64,000 nucleotides of DNA from positions 266,104,001 to 266,168,000 of the forward strand of contig OZ024742.1 in the NCBI GenBank assembly GCA_964016885.1, read 5' to 3'. Shown here one piece after another: positions 61,571 through 64,000 of the stretch. The notes under the pieces are model-generated. The model was not told the origin of the DNA and searched no databases. It worked only from the letters and a program-made list of their open reading frames with translations. A program made the position numbers and the translations under genes. Origin of the DNA: Eledone cirrhosa. Its lineage: Eukaryota. The first letter of the stretch is position 1. Each line of letters begins with the position of its first letter.

Positions 61571-61849
61571 GCCAGGATGACTGACCTTTCCTTCTGATCT
61601 ACCAAGTAAAAATAAAAAAGTATGTTTACTTTATCCATTTTAGAAATGATGATTTATAGAAGAGTAAAAGCAGTGCTGATTATTCCTTACATTTTTCATA
61701 ACTAGCTTTAAGCTACACTCTCTCTTTCTCTATGTAGAATAAATGAAATTAATGCTCCTGATGAGCTGGTAATGAAAAGTGAAACAAGTAAAGAACAACA
61801 AATGCTTAATTAACTGACAAGTAAAATAATTATATATAAACAATACCAA

Positions 61850-62070
61850 TATTATAGCAATTTCTAATTTAGGCACATGGTCAGCAACTAGAGGGGAAGG
61901 AAAAGTTGATTATATACACCCCAGTACTTGATTGGTACTATATTCTACCAACTCTTAAAGGATGAAAGGCAAAATTGAACTTGGTGGGATTTGCACTCAG
62001 AATGTAATGAACCAGGACAAATAGCACAAACCATTTGTCCCAAACTCAAATGATTCTGCTAATCCACTAT
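61850..62070 (-). mobile_element. (ATT)n-tailed SINE, degenerate
   Basis: TTTCTAATTTAGGCAC...GGATGAAAGGCAAA...GGATTTGCACTCAGA. Confidence 0.65.
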
Positions 62071-62285
62071 TCTCATTCTCCATAAAATACTGCCAGCAGA
62101 TGTGGCTTTAAGAAAAACATTCGGAAGCAAAACTATTATACTTATTTATATCCTAGATACTATGTTGACAGATTGTGATCAATACACAGTTGTATCATTT
62201 TCAAATCTTAAACTTTTAGGCCATATTTGATTCATATTTAAACCTGCAAAGAATTCATGAATACTTACAAAAATCAATAACTTAC

Positions 62286-62363
62286 CTAATGTAACTATCA
62301 TATGTTGTTCTAACCATTCCCAGTCTCTGTGAATCTCTTTCTTGTTGTTAGCTATAGCCACAG
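62286..62363 (-). CDS. TBC1D9: TBC1D8/9-family Rab-GAP coding exon (VAIANNKKEIHRDWEWLEQHMIVTL)
   Basis: cttacag acceptor and gtaag donor; 78 nt, phase 1-1; matches the family N-terminal WEWLEQ motif; first exon visible in the window. Confidence 0.9.
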
Positions 62364-64000
62364 CTGTAAGACAAATAAAATATATCTTAGATATATAACC
62401 ATTGTTGTAAATGCTACACTTGTGAATCTATGTATATGAATGTGATTGTATACATTCATGGACATCCAGTCTATACCATCAAAAATATCAAGTTATTTGA
62501 AGGTAACTTACTATATATACCCATATCTAACTTGCAATGGTGAATAAGTTACACTCCCCTTTATGTTTATAATATTTTGGCTTACATAAGTGGCATGTTG
62601 TTCATAAATACTGTTTGTAATTTCATTTGTAGATATGCTTAAATCAATAGAAAATATTTAGTTAAAATTACAACAATCACTGCTAGTACAATCTTGCAAA
62701 GTTCTACAACCATAGACACCATAGCAATGCGTTTTTATACCTGGAACAATCAAATTAACTGGCGATTTTAAATCTCCACTCCTAACTGACTAACAATTTA
62801 TGACGCACTTAATTGACATTAGGATTACAGCCGAACAATAGAAAACTGTGCATATATCTTTTGCACACATGGAAGTCATTATTGTTTTCACACAAGCTAT
62901 CATCAACACATATTTCTTTAAGAGGTTGATATTCATGTAGAGTGAATATTGATATAAACAGCTTGCCCATTTGTGTTTGTGTGTATGGATCCAAGTGTAT
63001 ATGTATGTGTGTTAGTGAGTGCTTTGATTTTCAAATTGGTAGCAAAACTTGGTATATAGGTCTTATGCAATTTTTTTAGCCCACTGTTTTTAGCGAAATG
63101 CAGCAATTTATCTATGAGTATTTTTGTTAGATAGATAAAAATCACTGCAGCAACCTCAAGTGTGAATGTTCATATGAATGAGTATCTGCATGCATGCATA
63201 TGCAGCCAATAGTATCAGAATTACTAAGTTATTTGAGACTAACTTACTGTAGCTGACTTCTGAATTTGTAGTTTGGTGAAGAATTCTATATGGCGGAGTC
63301 TGGAAAATGAAACAAAAAAACAGTACAAAATCAACTTAATATTTTATGTGTCTCACAATCATCTCACGTTCATTTTCCCTACTAGCAAGCACTGGACAGG
63401 TCATCATAGATTAAGACAGTATTGCAGCTACAGACTTCTCAGATGGATCAGGAGCCATATCTTACATACTTTCCTACACCCTGCATGATGTACTGGGTGT
63501 GTTTTATTGTGACGCCAGCCCAAGAGGGTTGTCATGCCTTTGACATAACTGAGGAGTCTTCTTGACACTGTTTGACTAGTTTTCTATTGCTGGATGCTCT
63601 TCATAAAACCATCCCCTTTACAAGGAGTACTGGGTGTATTTTATCATATTACCAACATGCTGTTGACACAACTGAAGAGTTCTCTCGGCATACACACATA
63701 TATAAGTATAGTCATTAACAACTATATATAATATAAAAGAGATGTTTATTGGTTGGTTAGTTGCATGAAAACTACACAGACACATCTAAAAAGAGAGAGA
63801 GAGAGGCTGTTATATAGAGAGATATACAATTAAAGTGTTAGATATTCAGAGAGAAAGAGAGAGAGAGACGTCCTACAAAAGTCTTTGATTTTATAGAACA
63901 AAGAAAAAATTAATACTATTTGGAATTAATCTACAGTGTGTATTAAGTTGGATTTTTGAAGATAGGGTCATGTTATTATTGACCTAATTCAGATAACATA

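Overview
Eukaryotic (animal) genomic DNA. The repeat content ((TA)n tracts, (GAT)n-tailed RTE LINEs, tRNA-derived SINEs, Penelope-like elements) suggests a cephalopod/octopod; this is an inference. The window lies inside one minus-strand host gene, a TBC1D8/TBC1D9-family Rab-GAP (GRAM-GRAM-TBC). I traced 14 consecutive GT-AG coding exons (62363 down to 2122; 1277 nt, phases consistent), and the gene runs off both ends. The introns are packed with mobile DNA. One 31,026-bp intron (20642-51667) holds about 18 RTE LINE copies or fragments from at least four families, including a full-length intact element (23648-27736, 1089-aa ORF), plus SINEs and a split Penelope-like element. Other introns carry a DD37D (maT) transposon, a second Penelope-like element with hammerhead ribozymes, and R4/Dong-, CRE-, Tx1- and CR1-like remnants. 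Most notable: (1) strand-polarised GAT(AT)n arrays extend from RTE 3' tails and are then hit by further RTE insertions, a possible feed-forward loop; (2) a conserved PHD-type finger is inserted inside the RT of three RTE families; (3) a hammerhead ribozyme has an intron-like segment in stem II, and several hammerheads lie in the sense of the host pre-mRNA; (4) an antisense-SINE/RTE chimeric junction recurs. All calls are by eye with no database searches, and the TA arrays could be partly assembly artefacts.
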